Positions 8,691-18,904 of a stretch of 64,000 nucleotides of DNA are shown here, in pieces. The DNA comes from Chloroflexota bacterium. GTDB taxonomy: Bacteria; Chloroflexota; UBA11872; VXNJ01. The stretch covers positions 2,943,300-3,007,299 of the forward strand of contig OZ253578.1 in NCBI GenBank assembly GCA_965263025.1. The letters run 5' to 3'. The notes below the pieces were generated by a model that saw nothing but the letters and a program-made list of their open reading frames with translations, was not told the origin of the DNA and made no database searches. The translations under genes were made by a program, and so were the position numbers. Position 1 is the first letter of the stretch; the number at the start of each line of letters is the position of its first letter.

Positions 8691-9629
8691 TTAGTAGGGA
8701 AGCAGCTCGTTCCGGCCCGGCCAGTTCTTGCGGAGATACCAGACCAGGACCGGGATTGTGAGCACGAGCAGCGCCGGGCCGACCAGCGCTAGCGACTGGA
8801 CCTCCTCGACCGCGCCCGCGGTATTAAGCTCCGCTTCCACCGGGAAGGCCAGGCCAACGATTATGACCAGCAGGTTGTTGGTGACGTGCAGCGCGATCGG
8901 GACGAGCAGCGTACGGGTGCGAATGTACAGGATTGCGGCGACCATGCCGAACATGAAGGCTCCGACCAAGGCGATGAAGTGTCCGATTCCGAACAGCGCG
9001 GCGGACGCAAAGATTGCGGTTCGGAATCCCCACTTGATCCTCCACCGGTTTATGAGGACTCCCCTGAAGAACACCTCCTCGAAAAGCGGCGCGATGATCG
9101 CCAACGTTGCGATTAACACGACCGGGTAGGCCGCGGATCCGGCGTCGCGACCGATCTGCTGGTCTTCCAGGAGCCAGGCAAGTTCGTCGGGCGCGACGAG
9201 AGCGATTGCGTAGGAGACGACAATCAGCGCGCCCGCGGAAAATGCAACGGTGACCAGCCATATCCCAGCCACCGGAAACCAGTTGAAGTTTGCGGGCAAA
9301 CGCCCAACCAGCCGCCGGACGTCGACGCCCTTGCGCCGGAACTGCCAGATCATCCAGACCACCACTGGACCGTAAAACAGGTTGCCCGCGATGAGGGCAG
9401 CCATGGGGTCCATTGTTTCGGCGTCAGAGTCCGGACGAGCGATTGCCAGTACGACGCCCGCCAGTATGGCGCCGACTATGGCCCACGGAATCACCCAGCG
9501 GGTCTTCAGCGTCCGGAATGGATTGCCGACGGCGCGCGGCGGAAGGGGATTAGCCGTCAGCGGCTCGCCGCATTGTCCGCAAAACCGGTCGCCAGGGGCG
9601 AAGGGGCTGTTGCAGTTCGCGCAGTACAT
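8691..9629 (-). CDS. CPBP-family intramembrane glutamic endopeptidase (CAAX protease-like) with N-terminal zinc ribbon
   Basis: 312 aa. It has a zinc ribbon (CANC...CGQC), multiple TM helices, and the motifs FEEVFFRG, FGIGH and HVTNN that define CPBP proteases. Confidence 0.8.
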   Translation of the reverse strand: MYCANCNSPFAPGDRFCGQCGEPLTANPLPPRAVGNPFRTLKTRWVIPWAIVGAILAGVVLAIARPDSDAETMDPMAALIAGNLFYGPVVVWMIWQFRRKGVDVRRLVGRLPANFNWFPVAGIWLVTVAFSAGALIVVSYAIALVAPDELAWLLEDQQIGRDAGSAAYPVVLIATLAIIAPLFEEVFFRGVLINRWRIKWGFRTAIFASAALFGIGHFIALVGAFMFGMVAAILYIRTRTLLVPIALHVTNNLLVIIVGLAFPVEAELNTAGAVEEVQSLALVGPALLVLTIPVLVWYLRKNWPGRNELLPY

Positions 9630-9732
9630 CGCCTAGTCCTCAAGCCCCGGGGGGCCGCTTCCGATCGCCAGGGCCTGTTGCGACCACATCACGGAGCCGA
9701 GCCAGGCGGCGCTCGCGTCGGTCCTGATCGAT

Positions 9733-10539
9733 CTACCAGTCCGCGGGAGATCCCGCCCACGCGCCGAGCGCCATCATGCCTCCGTCCACGCAGACGTATT
9801 CTCCGGTCATGAACGAAGCCCGGTCGCTGGCGAGGAACAGCACGACGTTGGCGATCTCGGCCGGCGTGCCTATGCGTCCCATGGGATGCGCCGCGCCCCA
9901 GCCTTTCTTTGCCTCCTCCAGATTTGCGCCGGTCCCGTCGGCGGCCTGTTTAACGAGCGGCGTGTCGATGGTTCCGGGGCAGACGGCGGTGACGCGAATG
10001 CCCTCGGCGGCGTAGTCGAGCGCGAGCTGTCGGGTCAACGACAACACTCCACCCTTGCTCGCCGCATACGCCGACACTCGCGACTGGGACTGGATGCCCT
10101 GAACGCTCGCGATGTTGACTATGCTGCCGCCGCCGCGTTTCCTGATTTGCGGAATGGCGAACCGCGCGGTCAGATAGTGCGCCTTCAGATTGACGTCGAT
10201 GATGCGGTCCCACGCGTCCTCTGGCAGGTCCTCGACTTTCAGGTAGGAGCTGGGCGGCTGAATACCGGCGTTGTTGACTACTATGTCAAGACCGCCGAAC
10301 TTGGCGGTCGCGGCCTGCACGAGCCGGCTTACGTCGTCGATTTTCGCGACGTCGCACTCAACGACCAAATGGCTGGCTTCGTCTGGCGCAATCTCGCCGG
10401 CGGTAGCCCGGGCCGCCGCGCCGTCGATGTCGGCCAGTACGGTGGAGGCGCCTTCGGCCAGGAACGCCTCCGCTATTCCCCGGCCTATACCCATCGCCGC
10501 ACCGGTCACTATGACGACCTTGCCTTGGAATTCCGCCAC
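9733..10539 (-). CDS. SDR-family oxidoreductase
   Basis: 268 aa with TGAAMGIG (TGxxxGxG), NNAG and the catalytic YAASK (YxxxK). Confidence 0.85.
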   Translation of the reverse strand: MAEFQGKVVIVTGAAMGIGRGIAEAFLAEGASTVLADIDGAAARATAGEIAPDEASHLVVECDVAKIDDVSRLVQAATAKFGGLDIVVNNAGIQPPSSYLKVEDLPEDAWDRIIDVNLKAHYLTARFAIPQIRKRGGGSIVNIASVQGIQSQSRVSAYAASKGGVLSLTRQLALDYAAEGIRVTAVCPGTIDTPLVKQAADGTGANLEEAKKGWGAAHPMGRIGTPAEIANVVLFLASDRASFMTGEYVCVDGGMMALGAWAGSPADW

Positions 10540-10592
10540 GATCTAATCCTCCTCGCGCTCTGTCAGACGTCTTGCGCCGGTTCCGCGCCGGC

Positions 10593-10934
10593 TCAGCTTT
10601 CCGTAACCGAGTAGCTCAACGTCTGGTACCGGATGAACCCGCCTTCGACGTAGAACGAGTCGATGCCCCGCGCGGCGCGGCCATCGGCGCCCTGGCCGCT
10701 CCATTCGAGCAAGATCATCGAGTCACCGGCGGTGACCGAATCCTGACTGAGGGCCATCTCGCCCACGTTTTCGCCGATTCCTTCGAAGACCGACTGTACT
10801 TCGGCATGACCGCGGGCGATCGCGCCGGGCGTTACGAACACCGCGTCGGGCGCATAGTCCGCCAGGATTCGGTCCATGTCGCCCGATAGAACCGCGTCCC
10901 AATGGTCGTCGAATACTTGCCGCGCGTCGCGCAT
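10593..10934 (-). CDS. SnoaL-like / NTF2-fold protein
   Basis: I moved the start to the ATG at 10934, which has a GGGAGGG RBS upstream. The 113-aa sequence (HWDAVLSGDMDRILADYAPDAVF...) is typical of SnoaL/NTF2-like small proteins. Confidence 0.55.
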   Translation of the reverse strand: MRDARQVFDDHWDAVLSGDMDRILADYAPDAVFVTPGAIARGHAEVQSVFEGIGENVGEMALSQDSVTAGDSMILLEWSGQGADGRAARGIDSFYVEGGFIRYQTLSYSVTES

Positions 10935-11246
10935 CGTCACATACCCTCCCGAACCGGCGCCTAATCCCGCTTTGTTCCCGACCGGAAATAGCGGGGACTC
11001 GTGCGTCAAGATGATAAATGCGCGACGGGACCTCCGCGAATCGCCGGCGAGCGCCCGGGCCCACGGGCGATCCATCGCGGGCGGCGCGCATCAGTTTCAA
11101 TTTGCCTGCTGGCGTCTCGTTGCGGCGCTCGACGCTGGTTCGCCTGGGCGGCAGTTTTTACTATTGGCCGTCCGGCGTCGATAATCCAGGGGTCGCTAGC
11201 GCGGCGCACCGCGTCGAAACCCGCCTGCAAACGAGGGAGGTTCCCA

Positions 11247-11630
11247 TTGGATGCACAACGAATCAACCCGCCCGGACTGCCTACTCCGCTGGCCGCTTAC
11301 AGCCAGGTCGTGAGGAAGGGCTCGATCGTCGCCACGGCCGGGGCGGTGGCGCTGGACGTCGAAGGAAAGGTTGTCGGCGAGGGGGACATCGAAGCTCAAA
11401 CCCGCGCGGTGCTCGAGAACATCAGGACGGCTTTGGAAGCCGCCGGGGCTTCCATGCGAGACGTGATCAAGACGACGGTATTCATCGCGGATATGAGCGA
11501 TTACAAAGGCATGAACGCGGTTTACAACGAGTTTTTCAGCGACGCGCCGCCCGCCCGGTCAACGTTAAGGGCCGAGCTGGTGCTGCCCTCGCTGCTCGTC
11601 GAAATCGAGGCTCTGGCGGTTACCGACTGA
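11247..11630 (+). CDS. RidA/YjgF-family reactive-intermediate deaminase
   Basis: A TTG at 11247 lies 6 nt after GGGAGG. The 127 aa include AAYSQVV...GDIEAQTRAVLENI...TVFIADM...PARSTL...VEIEA, the classic YjgF/UK114 pattern. Confidence 0.8.
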   Translation: MDAQRINPPGLPTPLAAYSQVVRKGSIVATAGAVALDVEGKVVGEGDIEAQTRAVLENIRTALEAAGASMRDVIKTTVFIADMSDYKGMNAVYNEFFSDAPPARSTLRAELVLPSLLVEIEALAVTD

Positions 11631-11843
11631 GACCGCTCCAGCGAGCGTTCCGGTGATGATGTCCATTCGGTAGAGTTCGGCGCTAGCCGGACGCGCCGCG
11701 GCTCGCCCGGCGCCGACGCCCGGTCGCGGGCGTTGAAATGCCGATGGGGAGACTTTGGGTTGTCGTCGTCGGCGGGGCCGAAGCGCTCGTCCGGTCCGGC
11801 TTTCGCGCGGGGGAGTTTCGCAGCGGGCGATGCTGCGCCGGTC

Positions 11844-13310
11844 TTACCCGTAGCGGGGTTCGTTGCGCCAGCCAGCGGCCTTGGTGGTGCTCGTTACAAA
11901 CCAGTTGTGCATAACTTCGCGGAGCTGCTGCTTGATTGCGGCGTGCGCGGGGTCATGCCACAGATCGTTCAGCTCATCCGGGTCGTTGCGAAGATCGAAG
12001 AGTTGACCGCCCGAAGGGTCGAAGAACTCAACCAGTTTCCAGTCCTTGCCGCGGATCATCAATTCAAACTCGACGCCTTCGTTGACCGTGTCGCGCGCGT
12101 GCTCGGAGTAGACGTATTCCCGAGGCGCGGCTTCGACGCCGCTTTCCAAAATCGGGAGGAGGGACACGGCTTCGAAGTTTGACGGGGGCTCGATGCCGGC
12201 CAGTTCGAGGATCGTAGGGCCGGCGTCGAATAGCTGTTGCAGACTTTCAATGGTCCTGCCGCCCTCGAATCGCCCAGGCGACCAAAAGATGAGCGGCACG
12301 CGCACCGAGGCGTCGTACATGTTCCATTTTTGGCTGAGACCGTGATCGCCCAGGCAGTCGCCATGATCCGAGGTGAAAATGATCACCGAGTTCTCCAACT
12401 GCCCGCGGTCTTCGAGCGCCGCGAGGATCTGCCCGATCTTCTCGTCGATCATCGTGACGTTAGCCAGGTAATAGGCGCGCTGACGATGCCGCTGGCTCAT
12501 TGGCGCGTCTGGACGGAACGCGACCGAGTCGGCGTCGCGTTGCACGTGCGACTGCCGCAGGGCCTTGACGGCGTCGGGCTGGGAGTCCATTTCCTGCTGA
12601 GAAACGGGAAGCACCGGCAGCTCGCGGCGCATGTACGGCTCGGCGTACCGCTCGACGGGATCGTAGGGCGGATGCGGACCGGGAAATCCGATCTGGAGGA
12701 ACAGCGGTTCGTCGTCCATCGGCGGGGCCTGCGCGAGCCAGCGCAGCGCCAGATCGCCGACGAAGAAGTCGGGGTGCAGTTCGTCCTCGAGATGCCAGTC
12801 GTACGCTCCGAGACTCGTTTCGAAGTCGGGCAGGGTGCGAAAGTGATCTTTCTCCAGTCGCTTGTATCCCCGCGCCCATAGCGCCTTGTCGAATTCGTCG
12901 TTGAATACGTGCCGCCCGCCCGCCCACTGCACCTCGGCGGCTCTGCGCTGCTTGTTCTCGACGACCTGGCGCTCGTGGAATCCGTGCCTTCCGCCGTAGG
13001 GGTCCGCGTGCATTTTGCCGATGTTTACGCAGCGGTATCCCGAATCACTCAGGGACTCGACCCAGGTGCGCGGCCAGGGGTCGTTGTTGCGCTGCGCTCC
13101 GTGGTTGTGCGGTGAATATCCGGTAAAGAGGCTTGCGCGCGACGGTCCGCACGACGGGGCGTTTATGAAGCAATGGCTGAAGCTGACGCCCTCGCGCACC
13201 AGCCGGTCGAGGACGGGCGTATCGACGTGCGGGAAGCCGAGCGCGTTGATGGTGTCGTAGCGCTGCTGGTCGGTGATTATCAGGATGATGTTGGGGCGTC
13301 GGTCGGGCAT
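11844..13310 (-). CDS. Cys-type sulfatase (arylsulfatase family)
   Basis: I moved the start to the ATG at 13310 (MPDRRPNIILIITDQQR). The formylglycine motif SCGPSRASLFTG (C-x-P-x-R) is present. 488 aa. No maturase gene is nearby. Confidence 0.85.
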   Translation of the reverse strand: MPDRRPNIILIITDQQRYDTINALGFPHVDTPVLDRLVREGVSFSHCFINAPSCGPSRASLFTGYSPHNHGAQRNNDPWPRTWVESLSDSGYRCVNIGKMHADPYGGRHGFHERQVVENKQRRAAEVQWAGGRHVFNDEFDKALWARGYKRLEKDHFRTLPDFETSLGAYDWHLEDELHPDFFVGDLALRWLAQAPPMDDEPLFLQIGFPGPHPPYDPVERYAEPYMRRELPVLPVSQQEMDSQPDAVKALRQSHVQRDADSVAFRPDAPMSQRHRQRAYYLANVTMIDEKIGQILAALEDRGQLENSVIIFTSDHGDCLGDHGLSQKWNMYDASVRVPLIFWSPGRFEGGRTIESLQQLFDAGPTILELAGIEPPSNFEAVSLLPILESGVEAAPREYVYSEHARDTVNEGVEFELMIRGKDWKLVEFFDPSGGQLFDLRNDPDELNDLWHDPAHAAIKQQLREVMHNWFVTSTTKAAGWRNEPRYG

Positions 13311-13873
13311 TCGCGGCAATATCCATAGTTTGATCGCCTCGGCCCACCCGGCATTTCCAGATCTCGCGAAGCGTGAGAATTCGGGAGCCGGCCAAGAATA
13401 GCGGCAGTTTCGGCGAGACGTTGGACCATGACGGGAAGGGGCGCCCTGACGTGGGGCCGGATAGCCGCGGGCCTGGCCTCCGCGCGCCGCGGCAAACATT
13501 CGACCTGAAGGCGGCGCAAGACGCCGCGGGCGAACAGAAATAGCCAGCCTGTTTTGACGCGCCGGGCGGGCTGAACTAGACTTCCCCGTCGCCGGAAAGC
13601 TATGAAGCCTCGTTGCCGCGCGGCCGGCGCCGGAACTATGTAGTTTCCATTACGCTGGAGCACTCAGGCCGCGCGCGATATCCAGCGCCACTTGCGTTTT
13701 GACGCAACCTCGCGGGCCAATGCAGGCCCCCCAGCCCTGGGCAGGGACATACCGAGCCTCGCCGGCCCGACCAAGCCAACCGCAGCGGAGCAGACCCTGG
13801 ACGCTGGCGCGCTATTCGTTATTACGGGATGTGTAGCGGCGCGCCGATATAGAGAAAGGATATTGCCAGGCAG

Positions 13874-14212
13874 ATGAAGAAGGTGGAGGCCATTATCAGG
13901 CACGAAATGCTGGAGCGGGTTCGGGACGCGCTCGACAAGGCGGGGTTCCACGGGCTGACGATCAGCGAAGTGAGAGGCGCGGGCACACAGCGCGGTTACA
14001 GCGAGAGCTACAGGGGAGTGAAGGCGTCGATCCTCTTTCGCCCAAAGATCAAGATGGAGGTTGTCGTCGATGACGCGAGCGTCGAGAGCGTCGTGTCCGT
14101 TATTTGCGAAAACGCCGTTACGGGCGAGGTCGGCGACGGAAAGATATTCGTCGTCCCGATAGAAGACGCCATACGAATCCGCACTCAGCAAAAAGGACAT
14201 GACGCGCTTTGA
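13874..14212 (+). CDS. glnK: P-II nitrogen regulatory protein
   Basis: 112 aa: MKKVEAIIR..., a T-loop with RGYSESYRG, and a C-terminal DGKIFV...IRIRT. Its stop overlaps the start of the ammonium transporter gene. Confidence 0.9.
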   Translation: MKKVEAIIRHEMLERVRDALDKAGFHGLTISEVRGAGTQRGYSESYRGVKASILFRPKIKMEVVVDDASVESVVSVICENAVTGEVGDGKIFVVPIEDAIRIRTQQKGHDAL

Positions 14213-15660
14213 AGACGACCGGATTCAACCTGGGTCCGCTGATGACTCTGTCACCGGTAGCGCGGCTGACGCCGTGGCGGTGGTTTGCCGCGCTCGGCGG
14301 CGCGCTGATTGCGGCGCTGCTGATTCCGGCGGCGGCGGGCGCCAGCGAACTGACTCTGACGGATGTCGAGCGCGCCGTGGACACTCTCTGGGTGGTGGTG
14401 GCGGGAGCGCTGGTCTTTCTGATGCATCTGGGCTTCACGATGCTCGAGGCCGGGTTCACGCGCATGAAGAACGCGGCAAATATCTGCGCGAAGAACATCA
14501 TGAATATCGCGGTGGGCCTGATCGCCTACTGGGCCGTCGGGTTTCCGTTCATGTTCGGCGACGGCAATTCGTTTCTGGGCCACAGCGGCTGGTTCCTGTC
14601 GGTAACCGACGCTGACGCGGCAAGTTCGTTTTCGTCGCTGGACTGGGCCGACGTGACCATATCGACCAAATGGTTTTTCCAGGTTGTTTTCGCGGCGACG
14701 GCCGCGACGATCGTCTCCGGCGCGGTGGCGGAGAGAACCAGATTCGTGGGCTACCTCGCCTACGTGGTTGTGCTTACCGCCTTCATTTACCCGGTGGTCG
14801 GCCATTGGGTCTGGGGCGGGGGGTGGCTTGCGGATCTTGGATTTCTCGATTTCGCCGGCTCGACGGTGGTCCACACGGTAGGCGGAGTCGCGGCGCTCGT
14901 GGGCGCAATAGTCGTAGGACCCCGAGTCGGAAAGTATGCGGGCGGCAAGATCAACGTAATTCCGGGACACAGCATGCCGCTGGCGATCGCTGGCGTGCTG
15001 GTGCTCTGGTTTGGATGGTTTGGATTCAATGCCGGAAGCACCCTGAAGGCCGCGGGCGTTGATTTTGCGGCGATTGTGCTCACTACGAACCTCGCGGCGG
15101 CGTCGGGCGTGGTGGGCGCGCTTGTGATTTCGCGGCTTATCTATGGAAAGCCCGACGTCGGAATGCTGGGCAACGGCGGACTTGCCGGACTGGTGGCGAT
15201 CACGGCCGGCTGCGCGTTCGTGGATTCGTGGGCGGCGGTAGTGATTGGTTTGATCGCGGGGATCATTGTCGTCCTGTCGGTGGTTGGGATCGACCGCCTG
15301 AGAGTCGACGATCCGGTTGGGGCGGTGTCTGTCCATGCCGTGTGCGGTATCTGGGGGACGCTTGCGGTTGGTCTGTTTGGCACGGCGGAACTGACCGAGG
15401 GCGCCGGCCGCGCCGGCCTCTTCTACGGCGGCGGCCTGGCTCAGCTGGGCGTGCAGGCTATCGGCTCGCTGAGCACGGTCGCATGGGTCGGGGTCACCTG
15501 CCTGATCGTGTTCTACGCGATAAAGCACACAGTTGGCCTGAGAGTCGACCGGTCGCACGAACTCGACGGACTCGACATCTCCGAGCACGGCATGTGGGGT
15601 TACCCTGAATCCGTGGCCGGGGCGGCGTACATCGGCACACCGGGCAATGGCGCGAGCTAG
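14209..15660 (+). CDS. amtB: ammonium transporter (Amt family)
   Basis: 483 aa, polytopic, with a signal-like N-terminus and Amt blocks (DFAGSTVVH, GFNAGS, VHAVCGIWG). The TTG start overlaps the glnK stop. The start could instead be the ATG at 14242. Confidence 0.88.
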   Translation: MKTTGFNLGPLMTLSPVARLTPWRWFAALGGALIAALLIPAAAGASELTLTDVERAVDTLWVVVAGALVFLMHLGFTMLEAGFTRMKNAANICAKNIMNIAVGLIAYWAVGFPFMFGDGNSFLGHSGWFLSVTDADAASSFSSLDWADVTISTKWFFQVVFAATAATIVSGAVAERTRFVGYLAYVVVLTAFIYPVVGHWVWGGGWLADLGFLDFAGSTVVHTVGGVAALVGAIVVGPRVGKYAGGKINVIPGHSMPLAIAGVLVLWFGWFGFNAGSTLKAAGVDFAAIVLTTNLAAASGVVGALVISRLIYGKPDVGMLGNGGLAGLVAITAGCAFVDSWAAVVIGLIAGIIVVLSVVGIDRLRVDDPVGAVSVHAVCGIWGTLAVGLFGTAELTEGAGRAGLFYGGGLAQLGVQAIGSLSTVAWVGVTCLIVFYAIKHTVGLRVDRSHELDGLDISEHGMWGYPESVAGAAYIGTPGNGAS

Positions 15661-15856
15661 GGGATATCCGATACCGGGACTGGAGACCGCGACCTCCGCG
15701 CCCGGGACTTGAAGGCGGGGCGGACGCCTCTGCAACAGTCGGCGCGCCATGCCTGGCTCTTGCAGGGGGTCCGTCTCCCCGACGTTCGGATGCGCCGGAG
15801 AAACCGATCTAGAATTGCACTTGTCGCGGTGCTGATTCAGGCATGGGAAGTACGAG

Positions 15857-16921
15857 TTGAAATTCGCCGTTGCCGGAACGGGGTCGTTTGCAACCCGCGT
15901 GATTATTCCGGGTCTCCGCGCGAGCGGAATCGCCAGCGTCGCCGCGCTTTTCGGACGGACGCCGGAGCGCGTTGCCGATACGGCCAGGGAACATCAAATC
16001 CCAAACCGCTTCGACAGTTACGAGAAGATGCTCGAGCTCGAAGAGCTGGACGCGGTGGCGGTGTGCACTCCCGACTTTATGCACGAGCCGATGGCCGCGG
16101 CCGCGCTTTCGTCGGGCCGGGCCGTGCTAAGCGAGAAACCGCTGGGGATGAATTCGAGCGAAACAAGGCGTCTGGCCGGGCGGGCGGCGGAGCTTGGAAT
16201 CGGCACGGCTGTCAACTTCACGTACAGGTCCATGCCCGCGTTTGCGCTGGCCCGAGAGATGATCCAGTCAGGCGAGATCGGCGAGCTGATATCGGGAAAC
16301 ATCGATTACTGTCAGTCGAATTGGGCGGATCGCTCGCTGCCGCTCGACTGGCGCATGAGCGCCGAGCATTCGGGCGGAGGCGCGCTGGCCGACCTGGGTT
16401 CGCACGTCATCGACCTCTTGCTCTGGTACGGGGGTGAGGTCGAGCGGGTCACCGGCGCTGATTCGATCGTTTCGGGGCCGCGTCCCGTCGAGGGCGGCGC
16501 CAGCGCGGCGCCAACCGCCAGCGACAATGCCGCTTTCGTTTGCGATATCGGCGGCGGACGGCTGTTCGCGTTCCATCTGACCAAGCTGGCATGGGGCCAC
16601 GCCAATCAGATCAACATAAAGCTCGTCGGCTCCAGGGGCGCGCTACGCCTGTTTCACGAGCGGGGTCGAGAGGTAACCATCGCCGTCGCCAGACCGGGTG
16701 AAAACGAGTTCGGCAAGGTTGAAATCCCGCCGGACCGTCAGGTGAACTTTTCAGATTTTCCGGCTCATCACATGCGGCAAGTCGTGCGCGGTCTGCTCGG
16801 AGACGGGGAGTTTGCGACTTTCGAAGATGGACACCGCGCACAATGCGTAATCGACGCGGTTGCGCGGTCCAGGATCGAGCGAATATGGGCGCCGGTGGAC
16901 ATGAGACTACGAGCCGGTTAG
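15857..16921 (+). CDS. Gfo/Idh/MocA-family NAD(P)-dependent oxidoreductase
   Basis: 354 aa with an N-terminal Rossmann region (KFAVAGTGSFA), the EKP motif (LSEKPL), and a C-terminal alpha/beta domain typical of the family. Confidence 0.75.
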   Translation: MKFAVAGTGSFATRVIIPGLRASGIASVAALFGRTPERVADTAREHQIPNRFDSYEKMLELEELDAVAVCTPDFMHEPMAAAALSSGRAVLSEKPLGMNSSETRRLAGRAAELGIGTAVNFTYRSMPAFALAREMIQSGEIGELISGNIDYCQSNWADRSLPLDWRMSAEHSGGGALADLGSHVIDLLLWYGGEVERVTGADSIVSGPRPVEGGASAAPTASDNAAFVCDIGGGRLFAFHLTKLAWGHANQINIKLVGSRGALRLFHERGREVTIAVARPGENEFGKVEIPPDRQVNFSDFPAHHMRQVVRGLLGDGEFATFEDGHRAQCVIDAVARSRIERIWAPVDMRLRAG

Positions 16922-16985
16922 CGAAGCCGCTGTTACCATCGTGAGCCGATAATCGATGACGTTATGGCGTATTGCCCGAGGTTGA

Positions 16986-18224
16986 TTGATGGTTGAGTTC
17001 GCACCCGTTTTGGTCCAGAAGTTCGGAGGCACGTCGCTGGCGACCAGCGACCGGATTCGCAACGCCGCGAAGCTGGTGCTTTCGGCAAAACAAGACGGCC
17101 ACCGGCCGGTGGTGGCCGCCTCGGCCATGGGCAGCACGACCGACGACCTGCTCGGGCTCGCTTACGATCTGACGGACAGCCCCGGGGAACGTGATCTGGA
17201 CCTTCTGCTTTCGACCGGCGAGGTCGTGTCTTCCGCGCTGCTTTCGATTCTGCTCAACTCCATGGGCGCTTCCGCGGTTGCGGTAACGGGACCGGCCGCG
17301 GGAATCGTGACGGACGGACGCTACGGCAGAGCGCGGATCGGGTCGATCGATCCGACGTACCTTCGCGGTCTGCTTGCCGAGGGCGTGATTCCGGTAGTGG
17401 CCGGTTTTCAGGGCATTTCCCAATCCGGAGAAGTCACGACTCTCGGACGCGGCGCGTCGGACACGACAGCGGTGGCGCTGGCGGTGGCGCTGGGCGCGCA
17501 CCATTGCGAGATAAACACCGACGTAGACGGGATATTCAGCGCCGATCCGCGGATCGAACCGAACGCTCGCAAGCTCGATCGGGTCGCCTATGAAGAAACT
17601 CTGGAGATGGCGACGCTGGGAGCCAAGGTAATGCATCCGCGTTCCATAGAGGTTGCGGAAAGGCATAATCTTCGAATCGTTGTACGATCTAGCTTTAACA
17701 GGGATCCGGGGACTGAAATCTTGCCTAGCAGCGAAATAGACATAGAGACGGGCGCCAAGGTGCGGGCGGTCGTACACAACGCCAACGTAGCCAGAATCAC
17801 GGTCCTGGGCGTGCCCGACCGGCCGGGTCTGGCGCAAACCATCTTTCAACCGCTGGCGGACGCGGCCGTAAACGTGGACGTAATCGTCCAAAATCTGGCG
17901 CAGGGCGGGAATACGGACATTTCATTTTCGGTCGAGCGGACGGACCTCGAACAAGCCCTCGGCTTCGTCACGCCGATCGCCAGGGAAGTGGGCGCCGGCG
18001 GCGTAACTTCGTCCAATGACCTGGGGACGATCAGCATCGTGGGGACGGGCATGCAGAGCACTCCCGGCGTTGCCGCGCAGATGTTTGGCGCGCTCGCCTC
18101 GGTGGGGATCAACATAACCAGTATCACGACAAGCGAAATTCGTATAACCTGTTTGATAGGTGAAAATCGCCTTGAGGATGCCGTCCACGTCCTGCACGAA
18201 TCGTTCGATTTAGGGCGTCGGTAG
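16986..18224 (+). CDS. lysC: aspartate kinase
   Basis: 412 aa with VQKFGGTS at the N-terminus, an amino-acid kinase domain and two C-terminal ACT domains. Confidence 0.9.
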   Translation: MMVEFAPVLVQKFGGTSLATSDRIRNAAKLVLSAKQDGHRPVVAASAMGSTTDDLLGLAYDLTDSPGERDLDLLLSTGEVVSSALLSILLNSMGASAVAVTGPAAGIVTDGRYGRARIGSIDPTYLRGLLAEGVIPVVAGFQGISQSGEVTTLGRGASDTTAVALAVALGAHHCEINTDVDGIFSADPRIEPNARKLDRVAYEETLEMATLGAKVMHPRSIEVAERHNLRIVVRSSFNRDPGTEILPSSEIDIETGAKVRAVVHNANVARITVLGVPDRPGLAQTIFQPLADAAVNVDVIVQNLAQGGNTDISFSVERTDLEQALGFVTPIAREVGAGGVTSSNDLGTISIVGTGMQSTPGVAAQMFGALASVGINITSITTSEIRITCLIGENRLEDAVHVLHESFDLGRR

Positions 18225-18320
18225 CAGTGGCCTTACCGCTTGTCGGGCGCGTGACGCAGGCGCGGCCGGCGGCGAACTGGACGCAGTTCGCGGCTGACGG
18301 TGGCCAGAGGGAACGTTCAG

Positions 18321-18833
18321 ATGGTTGAGATGGTGGTCGAGAGCGTGCGGGTGAACCTCATCAACCCCAGCCGCGTAGTGGTCCTCCGGGAAAAAGAACG
18401 GGAGCGCTATCTCGCCATTCTCATCGGCGGACCCGAGGCCGACGCAATCGTGATCAAACTTCAGGATCGCGACGCTCCGCGCCCCCAGACGCACGATCTC
18501 ATCAAGAACATCATCGAAAACATGGGCGCTCAGGTCGTGCGTATTACGGTAAGCGAGCTGGTCGATCAGGTCTATTACGCGAAGATCGTCCTTCAGCGCA
18601 ATGGCGCCGAGCTTGACATTGACTCGCGGCCGAGCGACGCCATCGCAGTGGCGTTGAGGACGGGCGTCCCGATTCTGGTTGCCGAGGAGGTGCTGGACGC
18701 CGCGGGCATCGAGCCGGACGAGGATGGCGAAGCGGAGGCTTCGGACGAAGTCGAGCTCGTGACCGAAGAGAAGCTGAAGCCGTTTCGCGACTTCATCAAT
18801 CAGCTCGACCTCGACGATCTGGGCAGGGAATAA
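18321..18833 (+). CDS. bifunctional nuclease (BFN/DUF151) family protein
   Basis: Characteristic blocks are VVLRE...YLAILIGGPEADAI, RPQTHDL and RPSDAIAVALR, with an acidic C-terminal tail. The start is set at the internal ATG; 18300 is also possible. Confidence 0.7.
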   Translation: MVEMVVESVRVNLINPSRVVVLREKERERYLAILIGGPEADAIVIKLQDRDAPRPQTHDLIKNIIENMGAQVVRITVSELVDQVYYAKIVLQRNGAELDIDSRPSDAIAVALRTGVPILVAEEVLDAAGIEPDEDGEAEASDEVELVTEEKLKPFRDFINQLDLDDLGRE

Positions 18834-18904
18834 CGCCGGCTTCGGAACTTGCCCGGGCTCTGATGCCCCTAATAGCGGGCGACTGATCTAGCGCAGGAAT
18901 CCCC

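Noticed and set aside
14251-15750. A 499-aa ORF on the minus strand.
   Set aside because: - It is entirely antisense to the ammonium transporter gene.
- Its extreme Arg/Pro/His content is typical of the reverse frame of a GC-rich gene.
- The same reasoning applies to 13664-14200 (antisense to glnK) and to the many shorter ORFs nested in amt.
16922-16985. A possible lysine riboswitch (L-box) upstream of lysC. Riboswitch or T-box leaders upstream of thrC, metG and the K+ channel were considered with it.
   Set aside because: - The leaders are too short: 65 nt before lysC and 118 nt before pheA and the channel.
- I saw no conserved riboswitch cores (SAM, lysine, T-box or ydaO-type strings).
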